Notes: generated by a model not told the origin, from the sequence alone. DNA of 64,000 bases from Clostridia bacterium (GCA_017621755.1 JAGASL010000011.1:15550-79549), one strand, 5' to 3'; positions 56,143 to 64,000 are shown, numbered from the stretch's first letter. Numbers and translations are program-made.

Positions 56143-56859
56143 TCATAGTGTGATTATAGAAAAGGATGCTTCTACGTTCGTTTCGCCATCCTCACGCACC
56201 GAGCGGAAGAGCTGCTCGCCGCCCTCGCCCACCTCGCCAAGGATCTCCAAGTGGGTGCCAATGGGCGCCTCTTGGAAATAGTTGATCGAAAAGCGATTGA
56301 CGTATTTGCCATGCAGATCAAGAAAGCCGCACAGCATATCGGCGTACATGGTGTTGTTCATGTGCTCGTTTTGGTCGGTATCGGCATAGCGCACGGTATA
56401 TTTACCAAGCGGGGTAAGCCCCTCCTTGCCCAAACGAATGCGATCGGGCAGCGTAACGCCCGCATCCTCCTCACAGGTAAAGCCGGGCTGGTATTCGGTC
56501 ACCCGCAGCGGCCGGCGGCTGGCCATATCCAACAGCGCCCACACGCTGGTCGCCTCGCAGATCGGCTGTCCGGCGCGCAGAATGCGGTGGCGGCGCAAAA
56601 AGCTAAAGCCGCGGCTTGGCACGGCCCAGGTCTCTGCCTCCAGCTCCTCATAAGCGTAGAGCGGGGAAGAAAGAGAAACGCCAATGCGGCTCAGCACGAA
56701 GAACTGACCGTTTTGCTTCATCTCCTCATAGGTAGGGCCGTAGGTCTTTACCTGCAGGTTGGCGGCCTCTTGCAGATAGGTCATCACGGCGCTGGGCCGC
56801 GCCACCCCGTTATAATCGCAGGAATGCGAGTTGATGGTAAAAGAATAGCGGTAGATCAT
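56143..56859 (-). CDS. acyl-[acyl-carrier-protein] thioesterase (FatA/B-like double hotdog)
   Basis: YRYSFTINSHSCDYNG...ADTDQNEHMNNTMY is typical of acyl-ACP thioesterases. A GGAGGA RBS precedes ATG 56859. Confidence 0.75.
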   Translation of the reverse strand: MIYRYSFTINSHSCDYNGVARPSAVMTYLQEAANLQVKTYGPTYEEMKQNGQFFVLSRIGVSLSSPLYAYEELEAETWAVPSRGFSFLRRHRILRAGQPICEATSVWALLDMASRRPLRVTEYQPGFTCEEDAGVTLPDRIRLGKEGLTPLGKYTVRYADTDQNEHMNNTMYADMLCGFLDLHGKYVNRFSINYFQEAPIGTHLEILGEVGEGGEQLFRSVREDGETNVEASFSIITL

Positions 56860-56951
56860 CGATATGTCCTCCATAATATACCACCATTATATAACAGAAA
56901 AAGCGATTTTTCAATCGCTTTTTCGCATAAGATTGTGAATTTTTGTGTCGA

Positions 56952-57359
56952 TCAAGGCTCGGCGCTGCCGTCAGCACGCGCGTATACACGCGGCGGCTGA
57001 TTGGCGGCAGGGCTGTCGCTCAGGCCAAAGCTGACAGAGATCGCGGTGTTGACCTTGCGCATGGATTCATCATCTAAATGCCCCATCTTTTCCTTCAGGC
57101 GGCGCTTGTCAAGCGTGCGGATCTGCTCAAGAAGGATCACAGAGTCCTTGGCAAGCCCTACGCGGCTGGCAAACACGTCAATATGGGTGGGCAGCTTGGC
57201 TTTTCCCAGCTTGCTGGTGATGGCCGCCGCGATCACGGTGGGGCTATAGCGGTTTCCTACGTCGTTCTGTACGATCAGCACAGGGCGCAGTCCGCCCTGC
57301 TCGCTACCAACGACCGGGCTAAGATCGGCATAATAAATATCTCCGCGTCTTATGTTCAT
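56952..57359 (-). CDS. mazF: MazF/EndoA-type endoribonuclease toxin (PemK family) with a ~20-aa C-terminal extension
   Basis: [57 protein letters not shown]...[17 protein letters not shown] is near-collinear with B. subtilis EndoA as I recall it. Confidence 0.9.
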   Translation of the reverse strand: MNIRRGDIYYADLSPVVGSEQGGLRPVLIVQNDVGNRYSPTVIAAAITSKLGKAKLPTHIDVFASRVGLAKDSVILLEQIRTLDKRRLKEKMGHLDDESMRKVNTAISVSFGLSDSPAANQPPRVYARADGSAEP

Positions 57360-57484
57360 TTCTTGGTTTGACCCTTTCAGAAAAGTTCTTGCACGGATAG
57401 TTTTGCCGAAAGTGGGAGCCTCTTAATCAGGTAAGTGCTGGAAAATAGAAAAAGACCCCCGTAACAGGATATGCCATAGGCTTC

Positions 57485-57513
57485 TTGACAGATACAGCGG
57501 CATGTGCTATACT
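57485..57513 (+). promoter_or_regulatory. sigma-70-type promoter of the XRE-HTH membrane protein gene
   Basis: TTGACA (57485-57490), a 17-nt spacer, then TATACT (57508-57513). Confidence 0.6.
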
Positions 57514-57633
57514 CACTCACGTGGGCATTCTCACATTTCGAGAGAGATTCTCGCGCTTTTGGGTGGTGTTTTTTCTGACGGGATGGTAGAATGATGGCAG
57601 GGCGGTGGGAAGCTGCCCGCAAGGAGGATACGA

Positions 57634-58779
57634 ATGATGGAAAAGAAAACGATCGGTAAGCTGATCGCCGCCCTGCGGCGCGCAAACGGTATGACCCAGC
57701 GCGAGCTGGGTGAGCGGCTCTTTGTTTCGGATAAGACGGTCAGCCGCTGGGAGTGTGATGAATGCACGCCCGAGCTTTCGCTGATCCCGGCGATCGCCGA
57801 GCTGTTTGGCATTACCACCGATGAGCTGCTGCGCGGTGAATGTAATGCCCCAGGCGAAGCAGCCGGGCAGAGTGAGGAGGCCGCTGCGCGAAAAAGGGGC
57901 AGGGGAGAGCGACAGTTCAAAAGCATGCTGCAGCGGCGGGTCACACGCTATCAAAGCCTTTCGCTGGTCTCCTCCGGCATCGCGATCGCGGGCTTGATCA
58001 CCGCGGCCATCGCCAACCTATGCTTCTCGCGTGCTCTGATCGGCTTTTGGCTTGGCGCGCTGCTGTTATTGGGCAGCGGTATTTGCCAGCTTTGCTTTGC
58101 ACGTACGGCATATCTGCACGTGGAGGAAGAGGACGAGGTGTTTTTGCCCACCGCCCAAGTCGCAAATGACGGCGTGGTACGAACGGCAGTGCACGTTTTT
58201 GATTTGATCTTGGCGCTGCTTGGCTTTATGCTGCCGCTTTTGCTGGTTGGCAATGCATATCTTGGCCTGTCGTTTGGCTCTTGGGCAAGGGCTGGCTGTG
58301 CCTTCACCGTTTTGATGCTGGCGCTGCTCTACGTGCTGTATGTCTGTCTTGCGCAGCCGCTGCTGGTCAAGCGCGGTCTGCTGCACCCCACCGAGCAGGA
58401 GGGCGCTCTGGCGGCAAAACGAAAGGTGCTGCTGCAAAAAACGCTGCTGATCGTGGTGATCGTTTTGCTGGTGATTTTGGCGGTGCTGCTGCTATTGAAC
58501 CATCTGCCACGCCGCCTGTTTGCCAAGGCTGCTGTTTTTGACGATTGGGATGCCTATTATGCCTTCTTGGAGGAAAACAAGCACGAGGGCTATACCGTTC
58601 GCTTTTCGGGTGGAGAAGGGCTTCTGCCTGCCACCGTCTATTCGACCGCCGCTATGCGCGCGGCCGATGCTGAGGTGGCTTATTATAGCCGGCTCCTGCT
58701 ATTGGCCATTCCACTAACGCTGTTGCTGGCTGCGGCGGTGTACGCCGTGCGGCTGCATCGGGTTTGCCGGCAAAAATAG
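57634..58779 (+). CDS. XRE-family HTH domain fused to a polytopic membrane region
   Basis: The N-terminus is IGKLIAALRRANGMTQRELGERLFVSDKTVSRWE. It is followed by an Arg/Glu-rich linker and at least five hydrophobic segments. A GGAGGA RBS precedes the start. Confidence 0.8.
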   Translation: MMEKKTIGKLIAALRRANGMTQRELGERLFVSDKTVSRWECDECTPELSLIPAIAELFGITTDELLRGECNAPGEAAGQSEEAAARKRGRGERQFKSMLQRRVTRYQSLSLVSSGIAIAGLITAAIANLCFSRALIGFWLGALLLLGSGICQLCFARTAYLHVEEEDEVFLPTAQVANDGVVRTAVHVFDLILALLGFMLPLLLVGNAYLGLSFGSWARAGCAFTVLMLALLYVLYVCLAQPLLVKRGLLHPTEQEGALAAKRKVLLQKTLLIVVIVLLVILAVLLLLNHLPRRLFAKAAVFDDWDAYYAFLEENKHEGYTVRFSGGEGLLPATVYSTAAMRAADAEVAYYSRLLLLAIPLTLLLAAAVYAVRLHRVCRQK

Positions 58780-58871
58780 AGGAAAGACAAAACGCAGCAT
58801 GCTTGCATGCTGCGTTTCTGTGTCATTGCGGTTAATTGCGGTGGTTGTACGGAGAAATACTGATGTTTTTC

Positions 58872-59699
58872 TTATACAAGCTTTGTTTTGTTACGGAGGT
58901 CAGAGGGGGGTGTTCGATAGTGAGCCTTAAAGCATTTTGAGAAGTGGTCGGCATTTTTAAAGCCTACGTTATGCGCGATGGTGGAAATGCTTTCATTACC
59001 ACCGCGGAGCAGGGCAACGCTCCTTTGAAGGCGCTGCTCTAAAACGTATTTGTGAAGCGTTTTGCCGCTTTTTGATTTAAAATACTGGTTTATGTAATAA
59101 GGGTGATAATTGATAGCCCTTGCGATCTGCGCATTGCTCTCGATATCGGGCAGATTTTCGGCTATGTATGCGACGATCCGATTGTAAAGCTCTTCGTACG
59201 GGTGAAGATCCTGCTCTGATATACGGCAAAGTACATACTGTAGCAAGGATTGCGCCGCTTCACGGGCGTGAGGCGTGCCTCTTGAAAAGGCTTTTACAAT
59301 TTCTAAAAAGGCCTCTTTGAATTCCTTTGCATGATGCAAAACAAAAGGTGTCTGATATATCGAGATCCCACAATGCAAGTGGCTTTCGTTTGCCAGCTCT
59401 GCTTTGAATTCGTTGGATGCGACTGGCGGCATTACCGAGCCGATGTGCTCGCCAGAATGGTCAAAATCGAAATTCAGTGTAACGAAATAAGGGGGTGCTT
59501 CGGCGGAAGGCAATGGCAGATATTCGGTTCCTGCCGGATAATAGACCATGGAGTTGGCAAAAAGAGCCTCGGCTCTATCGGAAAAGCGTATCTCCCCCTC
59601 CCCGGATGTGATAAATAGGATTCTTGCATCATAGGCCTTTGTAAACATGCGGTTTGGAAGATGATCCGTATATGCCGCATAGCGCAGAAAAACATGCAT
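58872..59699 (-). CDS. AraC family transcriptional regulator
   Basis: The C-terminal HTH is NAQIARAINYHPYYINQYFKSKSGKTLHKYV...FKNADHFSKCFKAHYRTPPSDLR. GC content is lower than in the core genes. Confidence 0.85.
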   Translation of the reverse strand: MHVFLRYAAYTDHLPNRMFTKAYDARILFITSGEGEIRFSDRAEALFANSMVYYPAGTEYLPLPSAEAPPYFVTLNFDFDHSGEHIGSVMPPVASNEFKAELANESHLHCGISIYQTPFVLHHAKEFKEAFLEIVKAFSRGTPHAREAAQSLLQYVLCRISEQDLHPYEELYNRIVAYIAENLPDIESNAQIARAINYHPYYINQYFKSKSGKTLHKYVLEQRLQRSVALLRGGNESISTIAHNVGFKNADHFSKCFKAHYRTPPSDLRNKTKLV

Positions 59700-59832
59700 G
59701 TTCTATCTCCTTGTGTCCGCCCGAAAATCTTTGTTTTAGAAAGATATTGCTTTGTTTTGTATGTTCATTTTAACAAAAAAATATGCTAAAATCAAGGAGA
59801 AAAAGAAAAAATATTTGAAAGCAGGTAATGAT

Positions 59833-62154
59833 ATGAATCCCTTAATACCCATGTTAGCCATTACGGGAGCTCCTACAAATGAACGACTGGAAAAAATGTT
59901 GCTCTCTTATAAGATGGTTGGCATAGATACGGTTATGCTCTATCCGCGCGCAGGACTTGAGATAGAATATATGTCTGACGCCTGGCTGGATCTGGTAGAG
60001 CATATCTTGCTTTTTTCTAAGGAAAATGGTATGCGCATCTGGCTGTATGATGAATTCAATTGGCCATCCGGCTCGTGCAAAAATACCGTTATTGAGCAAG
60101 ATCCTTCCTTTGCGGCAAAGCGGCTTGTGTATCAGAGCGGCACGGTTAAATTAGAAAGCATGATGCGCGGAGAGGCGCAACGTGTTTTTGCACCATTTGA
60201 TAGCGATATGCTGAATCCGAAGGCGGTTGCTTGCTTCATTCAGCTTACTCACGAAAAATACTATGCTCGCTTTAAAGAATATTTCGGCAATGTAATTGCG
60301 GGCATCTTTACCGATGAGCCAAGCTTTATCTATACCTCTAACGGTGAGGGGATGTATCCCTATTATGACGGGCTATTTGAAGAATACACCGCCGCGTGCG
60401 GAGGTGATCTGATAACCGATATCATCGCCTATGAAAGCAAAAAAACGGTACCGGATTTTCCCTATACCTTCCGCACACTGATTGGAAAACAGTTTAAAAA
60501 GAGCTTTATCGACCAGGTTTCGCTTTGGTGCAGACAGCATCATCTGCCGCTTACCGGTCATACCCTGGATGATTCGGCACCTCTTTCGGCTACCCGCGAA
60601 ACGGGAGAGTGGTTTCCCTTTATTGAACAGATGGACATGCCCGGAATTGATGAGATCCATACGCGATTGGGAAACGGAGACGAGATGCTTTTCTCTATGA
60701 CGGAGAATGTGCGTTATAATGGTAAAGCGCATGCCATGGTGGAGCTTTTTGCGCTTGGCCCGTGCTCAATGCCATATGCACGACGCAGGCAGATACTTTG
60801 GTATGCCGCTGCGCACGGTATTGATCATTATTTCATTGCTATTTCGCATTTGGATGCAAAGGGCAATGTTGACAAGCCGGACTTTTTTGACAACTTCAAT
60901 TACCACAACCCTGATTTTGCAGGTGTGCGTCTGTTGGCCGAAGAGGCAGAACGGGCGGCCTTATTTGCAAAGAAGCGGCCCACCGCCATGGTTGGTCTGC
61001 GTGTTCCGTATACCGCTTATCTGAAATCGCTCGGTCGGCACAATGGAGATGCCATTCAATCGGCTTTCAAAGAGATTGTTGAAAAAATGGTGTCCTCACA
61101 GGTGACCTTCCGCTTTTTAAGAGAAGAGGAGACGGCGGAAAGCCCGTTTGTTTTCTCCCTGTGCGAAGACAGTATTCTGGAGGAAAGGGGAGAAACGATC
61201 TACACCGGTATTGAAGCTGCCGTTGCGGCCGTTTGCCAGAGTACCGAAAGAGTAACGGTTACCGATAAAAACGGCGCTCTTGTGCGCAATATTCGCCTAA
61301 AAACCTATGAGGATGGTAGCGTGATCATCCTTGATAGAGAGAACAATGCGGTAGGCCGGCGCGAGTGTGTGTTGCATATCGGCGGTCAAAACGTGGATTT
61401 TGTGCTTGATAACTATGGCGTTGCCGTTTTCGAGCATGGGAAAATACAAGGCGCGGAGCAACCGCAGGGGAGAGAGGTGCCTTTGCAAGCAAGTATGCCT
61501 GTGCGGCTTTCGGAGGGGGTTTTTCGTCCGCATTTCTTTCGGGATCGCACATTCCATTTTGCTCTTCCCGCGCCTGTTCAGGCAAAAATCCATCGCCGTA
61601 TTTATCCAGTTGCCGATGGCACGGTTTCTGTTGATGGCCGTGTGATTACTTTCGACAGATCCTGCGATATGCTTACCGATTGTTTTTCGCATCTCTACGA
61701 TTCGGCAGACATCATGCTTTCGGCGGGTGAGCATACCGTTTCCTGCAATCTGCAAGAGCTTGGCTATTTGCCAGCGGTTTTGTTTACGGGTAATTTCTCG
61801 TTTGATGGTAGCTTTTTTGGGAATCTGAAAACAGAAGTGACATTCTGCATACCAGAAGACGCTGACCGCGCCTTTGTTACCATGGAGGATGCGCTTCTTT
61901 ATGTCACCGCCGAAATAAGTGGGGAGAAAATAGGCGAATGCGTGTTTGCGCCCTATTATTTTGAAATTCCCAAAAAGTATTTTGGCAAGGAGGTCACGGT
62001 TGCTCTTACCTTCCATTCCACGCTTGCCCCCTTGTTTGGCGATCTTGATTTGTGGTCAAATGAAAGGATGGTTCTTGCCTTTGCCGGCCTTCCCAGATCA
62101 AGCCCGGAAAAAGTGGATATTGCAAAGCTGAATGTCAGAGGTATTGTGCTGTGA
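59833..62154 (+). CDS. uncharacterised large cytoplasmic protein, putative glycoside hydrolase (about 773 aa)
   Basis: The gene is divergent from the AraC gene. The N-terminus is TIM-barrel-like (GIDTVMLYPRAGLEIEYMSDAWLD...MRIWLYDEFNWPSG). The family was not recognised with confidence, and the start at ATG 59833 is tentative. Confidence 0.55.
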   Translation: MNPLIPMLAITGAPTNERLEKMLLSYKMVGIDTVMLYPRAGLEIEYMSDAWLDLVEHILLFSKENGMRIWLYDEFNWPSGSCKNTVIEQDPSFAAKRLVYQSGTVKLESMMRGEAQRVFAPFDSDMLNPKAVACFIQLTHEKYYARFKEYFGNVIAGIFTDEPSFIYTSNGEGMYPYYDGLFEEYTAACGGDLITDIIAYESKKTVPDFPYTFRTLIGKQFKKSFIDQVSLWCRQHHLPLTGHTLDDSAPLSATRETGEWFPFIEQMDMPGIDEIHTRLGNGDEMLFSMTENVRYNGKAHAMVELFALGPCSMPYARRRQILWYAAAHGIDHYFIAISHLDAKGNVDKPDFFDNFNYHNPDFAGVRLLAEEAERAALFAKKRPTAMVGLRVPYTAYLKSLGRHNGDAIQSAFKEIVEKMVSSQVTFRFLREEETAESPFVFSLCEDSILEERGETIYTGIEAAVAAVCQSTERVTVTDKNGALVRNIRLKTYEDGSVIILDRENNAVGRRECVLHIGGQNVDFVLDNYGVAVFEHGKIQGAEQPQGREVPLQASMPVRLSEGVFRPHFFRDRTFHFALPAPVQAKIHRRIYPVADGTVSVDGRVITFDRSCDMLTDCFSHLYDSADIMLSAGEHTVSCNLQELGYLPAVLFTGNFSFDGSFFGNLKTEVTFCIPEDADRAFVTMEDALLYVTAEISGEKIGECVFAPYYFEIPKKYFGKEVTVALTFHSTLAPLFGDLDLWSNERMVLAFAGLPRSSPEKVDIAKLNVRGIVL

Positions 62155-62690
62155 ATCTTCTTTGGTGGATAGGTCAGGCAATCGGCCTTGCTGGGATTGC
62201 CCTGAATGTTGCTATTTATCAGCAACGCACACGCAAAAAACTCTTGCTTTTCAAATTCCTTTCCGACATCATGTGGTTTTTGCACTATGGCTTTCTCGGT
62301 GCATTTTCAGGCGCGGCGGTTGGTCTGATTGGTTGCGGCAGGGAATTCGTTTTTATGCATACGGACAAGAAATGGGCATCCAAAAAAATATGGGTTCCGA
62401 TCTTTATATGTATCAGTATCATTTCTGCCGCTATGACTTGGAAAAGCATATGGAGTATTCTGCCCGCCTGTGCTTCGGTCATATCGGTGTTGAGTTTTGC
62501 AAGGTCTGATCCCAAGACATCGCGCTTTTTATGCTTTATCATTTCTGCGTGTATGCTGACCTATGATGTTACTTGTCTTTCTTATAGCGGCATGGCCAAT
62601 GAAGTACTAACCGTCATTTCCGGCGTGATTGGCGTTATTCGTTATGACATCAAGAAAAACGATGTGGGGATCAAGGAGACAATAGAATAA
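62151..62690 (+). CDS. YgjV family inner membrane protein
   Basis: A GTGA start-stop overlap joins it to the upstream gene. The protein begins WIGQAIGLAGIALNVAIYQQRTRKKLLLFKFLSDIMWFLHYGFLGA and has six hydrophobic segments. Confidence 0.7.
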   Translation: MNLLWWIGQAIGLAGIALNVAIYQQRTRKKLLLFKFLSDIMWFLHYGFLGAFSGAAVGLIGCGREFVFMHTDKKWASKKIWVPIFICISIISAAMTWKSIWSILPACASVISVLSFARSDPKTSRFLCFIISACMLTYDVTCLSYSGMANEVLTVISGVIGVIRYDIKKNDVGIKETIE

Positions 62691-62768
62691 TCGATATTTC
62701 TAAAAAACCAAATGACAGGGATATTACCATTTTATGCGAAGGCAGAGAGAATATCGATACCAAGGTGA

Positions 62769-62843
62769 CCTCCACCATCAAAAAACGTAGAGAGTCACCC
62801 CGTTAGGGTGACTCTCTACGTTTGGTGGAGACAGTAGGGCTCG
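62769..62843. repeat. direct repeat copy 1 (75 bp): CCTCCACCA, a long hairpin, and an orphan copy of the last 21 nt of tRNA-Val
   Basis: It is identical to 62961-63035 except for one base (G versus A in the hairpin loop). Confidence 0.9.
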
Positions 62844-62960
62844 TCTCGGCGCGGCCACGAAAAGCCGAGGGGATTTCGGCTTTTCTCCGCGCCTCGGTCA
62901 TCGCCGGCTCTGACGTGCCACCGGCACGTCATTCACTACCGACTCGTTCTCGCCCTGCCG

Positions 62961-63035
62961 CCTCCACCATCAAAAAACGTAGAGAGTCACCCCATTAGGG
63001 TGACTCTCTACGTTTGGTGGAGACAGTAGGGCTCG
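62961..63035. repeat. direct repeat copy 2 (75 bp), including the genuine 3' end of tRNA-Val and its terminator hairpin
   Basis: The sequence is CCTCCACCATCAAAAAACGTAGAGAGTCACCCCATTAGGGTGACTCTCTACGTTTGGTGGAGACAGTAGGGCTCG, offset 192 bp from copy 1. Confidence 0.9.
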
Positions 63036-63091
63036 AACCTACGACCTCTCGGATGTGAACCGAACGCTCTGACCAACTGAGCTATGCCTCC
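63015..63091 (-). tRNA. tRNA-Val (anticodon CAC), CCA encoded
   Basis: Folded by hand. The acceptor stem is GGAGGCA/TGTCTCC. The D-arm is GCTC-AGTTGGTCA-GAGC. The anticodon arm is TTCGG-TTCACAT-CCGAG. The T-arm is GTAGG-TTCGAGC-CCTAC. Confidence 0.92.
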
Positions 63092-63103
63092 ATTGCAAGA
63101 TGC

Positions 63104-63132
63104 ATTATAGCACAACTTGGCGGGTTTGTCAA
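63104..63132 (-). promoter_or_regulatory. sigma-70-type promoter of tRNA-Val
   Basis: On the minus strand: TTGACA (63132-63127), a 17-nt spacer, then TATAAT (63109-63104). Confidence 0.65.
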
Positions 63133-63154
63133 TGAGAAAACTAAAAAAATACCG

Positions 63155-63183
63155 TTGACAAACCGCATTTTTTTGGCTATAAT
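63155..63183 (+). promoter_or_regulatory. sigma-70-type promoter of ssrA
   Basis: TTGACA (63155-63160), a 17-nt spacer, then TATAAT (63178-63183). GGGG of the tmRNA starts 20 nt downstream. Confidence 0.7.
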
Positions 63184-63202
63184 AATAAAGCAACAGAATC
63201 AT

Positions 63203-63599
63203 GGGGATGCAATGGTTTCGACAGGGATTCTGAGGCATGATAAGCGTGGCGGGCTGGCTAATCCCGTATAATGGCCAAAACTAAATTTAAACGACAACAA
63301 TAGAGTTGCTCTGGCTGCCTAACCTACTGCCCCGATAAGGGGGAGCCGGTTGGCAGTGCCGCGGCCATACGCGCCGCCCGTTCCCCTTGGGAATACTGCG
63401 CCCCAAGGCTGAGCGTCAATTTAGCAGTGAACTTGCATCGGCCCTTCGCCCTTGAGCCGGTCAAGCACAAAAGGGCTACCAAACCGGGGAGCCTGCCTAT
63501 CGGCGCCCTGGTGCGGAAAATCTAAATGACAGGCTGCCCACGGAGAAGGTTATGTCAAGGGGTTTTTGGACACGGGTTCGACTCCCGTCATCTCCACCA
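63203..63599 (+). ncRNA. ssrA: transfer-messenger RNA (tmRNA, SsrA)
   Basis: The 5' end is GGGGATGCAATGGTTTCGACAGGG. The tag reading frame ends ...AAC GAC AAC AAT AGA GTT GCT CTG GCT GCC TAA (NDNNRVALAA-stop, TAA at 63320-63322). The 3' tRNA-like end is GGACACGGGTTCGACTCCCGTCATCTCCACCA. Confidence 0.93.
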
Positions 63600-63674
63600 A
63601 ACGTGTATTGGACGAACACCTACTTTTTTAGCGGCGGCTTCGCCGTAAAGGTTTCGCTCTGATACGAACAGAAA

Positions 63675-63712
63675 AACGCCATCTTAGATGAAAGTCTAAG
63701 GTGGCGTTTTTT
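63675..63712 (+). terminator. rho-independent terminator downstream of ssrA
   Basis: AACGCCATCTTAG-ATGAAAGT-CTAAGGTGGCGTT followed by TTTT. Confidence 0.75.
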
Positions 63713-63725
63713 CGTGCCCGCAGAT

Positions 63726-63754
63726 TTGTCAATATTCCTCGCTTGTGGTATAAT
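63726..63754 (+). promoter_or_regulatory. sigma-70-type promoter
   Basis: TTGTCA (63726-63731), a 17-nt spacer, then TG-n-TATAAT (63749-63754). Confidence 0.65.
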
Positions 63755-63782
63755 TATGTCACAAATCAAAGGAGATTGCTAT

Positions 63783-63956
63783 ATGGAAAATAAGAAGTTT
63801 GAAATTCAGGTTGATGATTTTGAGCATAGAATGCTCGTGCAAGCTTTGAGCGAGAAACGGAATGAGCTTATCTCGGAAGGTAAAAGCACTGAGGATATTA
63901 ATGACCTACTACTTAGAGTCATTGATGCAAAGCCCGTCAAGAAGAAAAAGCAATGA
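63783..63956 (+). CDS. small hypothetical protein (57 aa), AT-rich, possibly the first gene of an ssrA-adjacent island
   Basis: An AAAGGAGA RBS lies 7 nt before ATG 63783. The protein is MENKKFEIQVDDFEHRMLVQALSEKRNELISEGKSTEDINDLLLRVIDAKPVKKKKQ. No family was recognised. Confidence 0.6.
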   Translation: MENKKFEIQVDDFEHRMLVQALSEKRNELISEGKSTEDINDLLLRVIDAKPVKKKKQ

Positions 63957-64000
63957 ATAATAGAATAGCCGCTATCTCGGCGTGTGTATCACGCTTTGAT

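Noticed and set aside
57377-57685. 102-aa minus-strand ORF ending 17 nt before mazF, considered as a possible MazE antitoxin.
   Set aside because: It has no RBS and a Cys/Arg/Ser-rich composition. It shows no RHH/AbrB-like pattern. It overlaps the start of the plus-strand XRE gene and its promoter. It does not resemble EndoAI or MazE as I recall them.
62942-62969. Plus-strand sequence ending ...GCCGCCTCCACCA, considered as the 3' end of a second tRNA gene.
   Set aside because: No complementary 5' T-stem, anticodon arm or acceptor 5' strand can be formed. It is only a degenerate inverted tRNA-3'-like fragment.

Overview
This is a GC-rich chromosomal segment of a Firmicutes/Clostridia-type bacterium. 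Supporting signs are Bacillus-like miaB-ymcA-mutS-mutL synteny, an EndoA-type MazF, a NusG-II/Gx-transporter/ApbE trio, and CCA-encoded tRNAs. A housekeeping backbone (pyk, tcdA, miaB, mutS, mutL, tgt, dxs, hemW, lepA, phosphoglucomutase, plsC, feoAB, tRNA-Leu, tRNA-Val, tmRNA) is interleaved with small accessory modules. These are four AraC-family regulators beside poorly characterised glycoside-hydrolase-like or FAD enzymes, an ArsR/HMA/P1B-ATPase metal-efflux operon, a cytoplasmic BNR-sialidase-like/DapA-like pair, a secreted CHAP amidase, and a VTC / transglutaminase-lipoprotein / SPFH-zinc-ribbon neighbourhood. Traces of decay or mobility include a truncated tyrosine-recombinase gene in an AT-rich patch, a frameshifted and truncated second pyruvate kinase, a 75-bp direct repeat duplicating the 3' end of tRNA-Val, and an AT-rich segment starting right after ssrA. 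I found no CRISPR array, reverse transcriptase, restriction-modification genes or recognisable multi-gene defence system, so no locus here can be confidently called a new system. The most unexplained items are: (1) a ~170-nt array of GAT-NNN-ATC-bracketed mini-hairpins after tRNA-Leu; (2) a 264-nt structured leader ending in a U-run upstream of the SPFH/triple-zinc-ribbon gene; (3) an intact EndoA-like MazF toxin with no antitoxin gene; (4) the att-like repeat at tRNA-Val; (5) a cluster of four cytoplasmic enzymes (beta-helix, metallophosphoesterase, GDPD, TIM-barrel-like) that could act on phosphodiester-linked glycans. All protein calls rest on motif and family recognition by eye, since no database search was possible.
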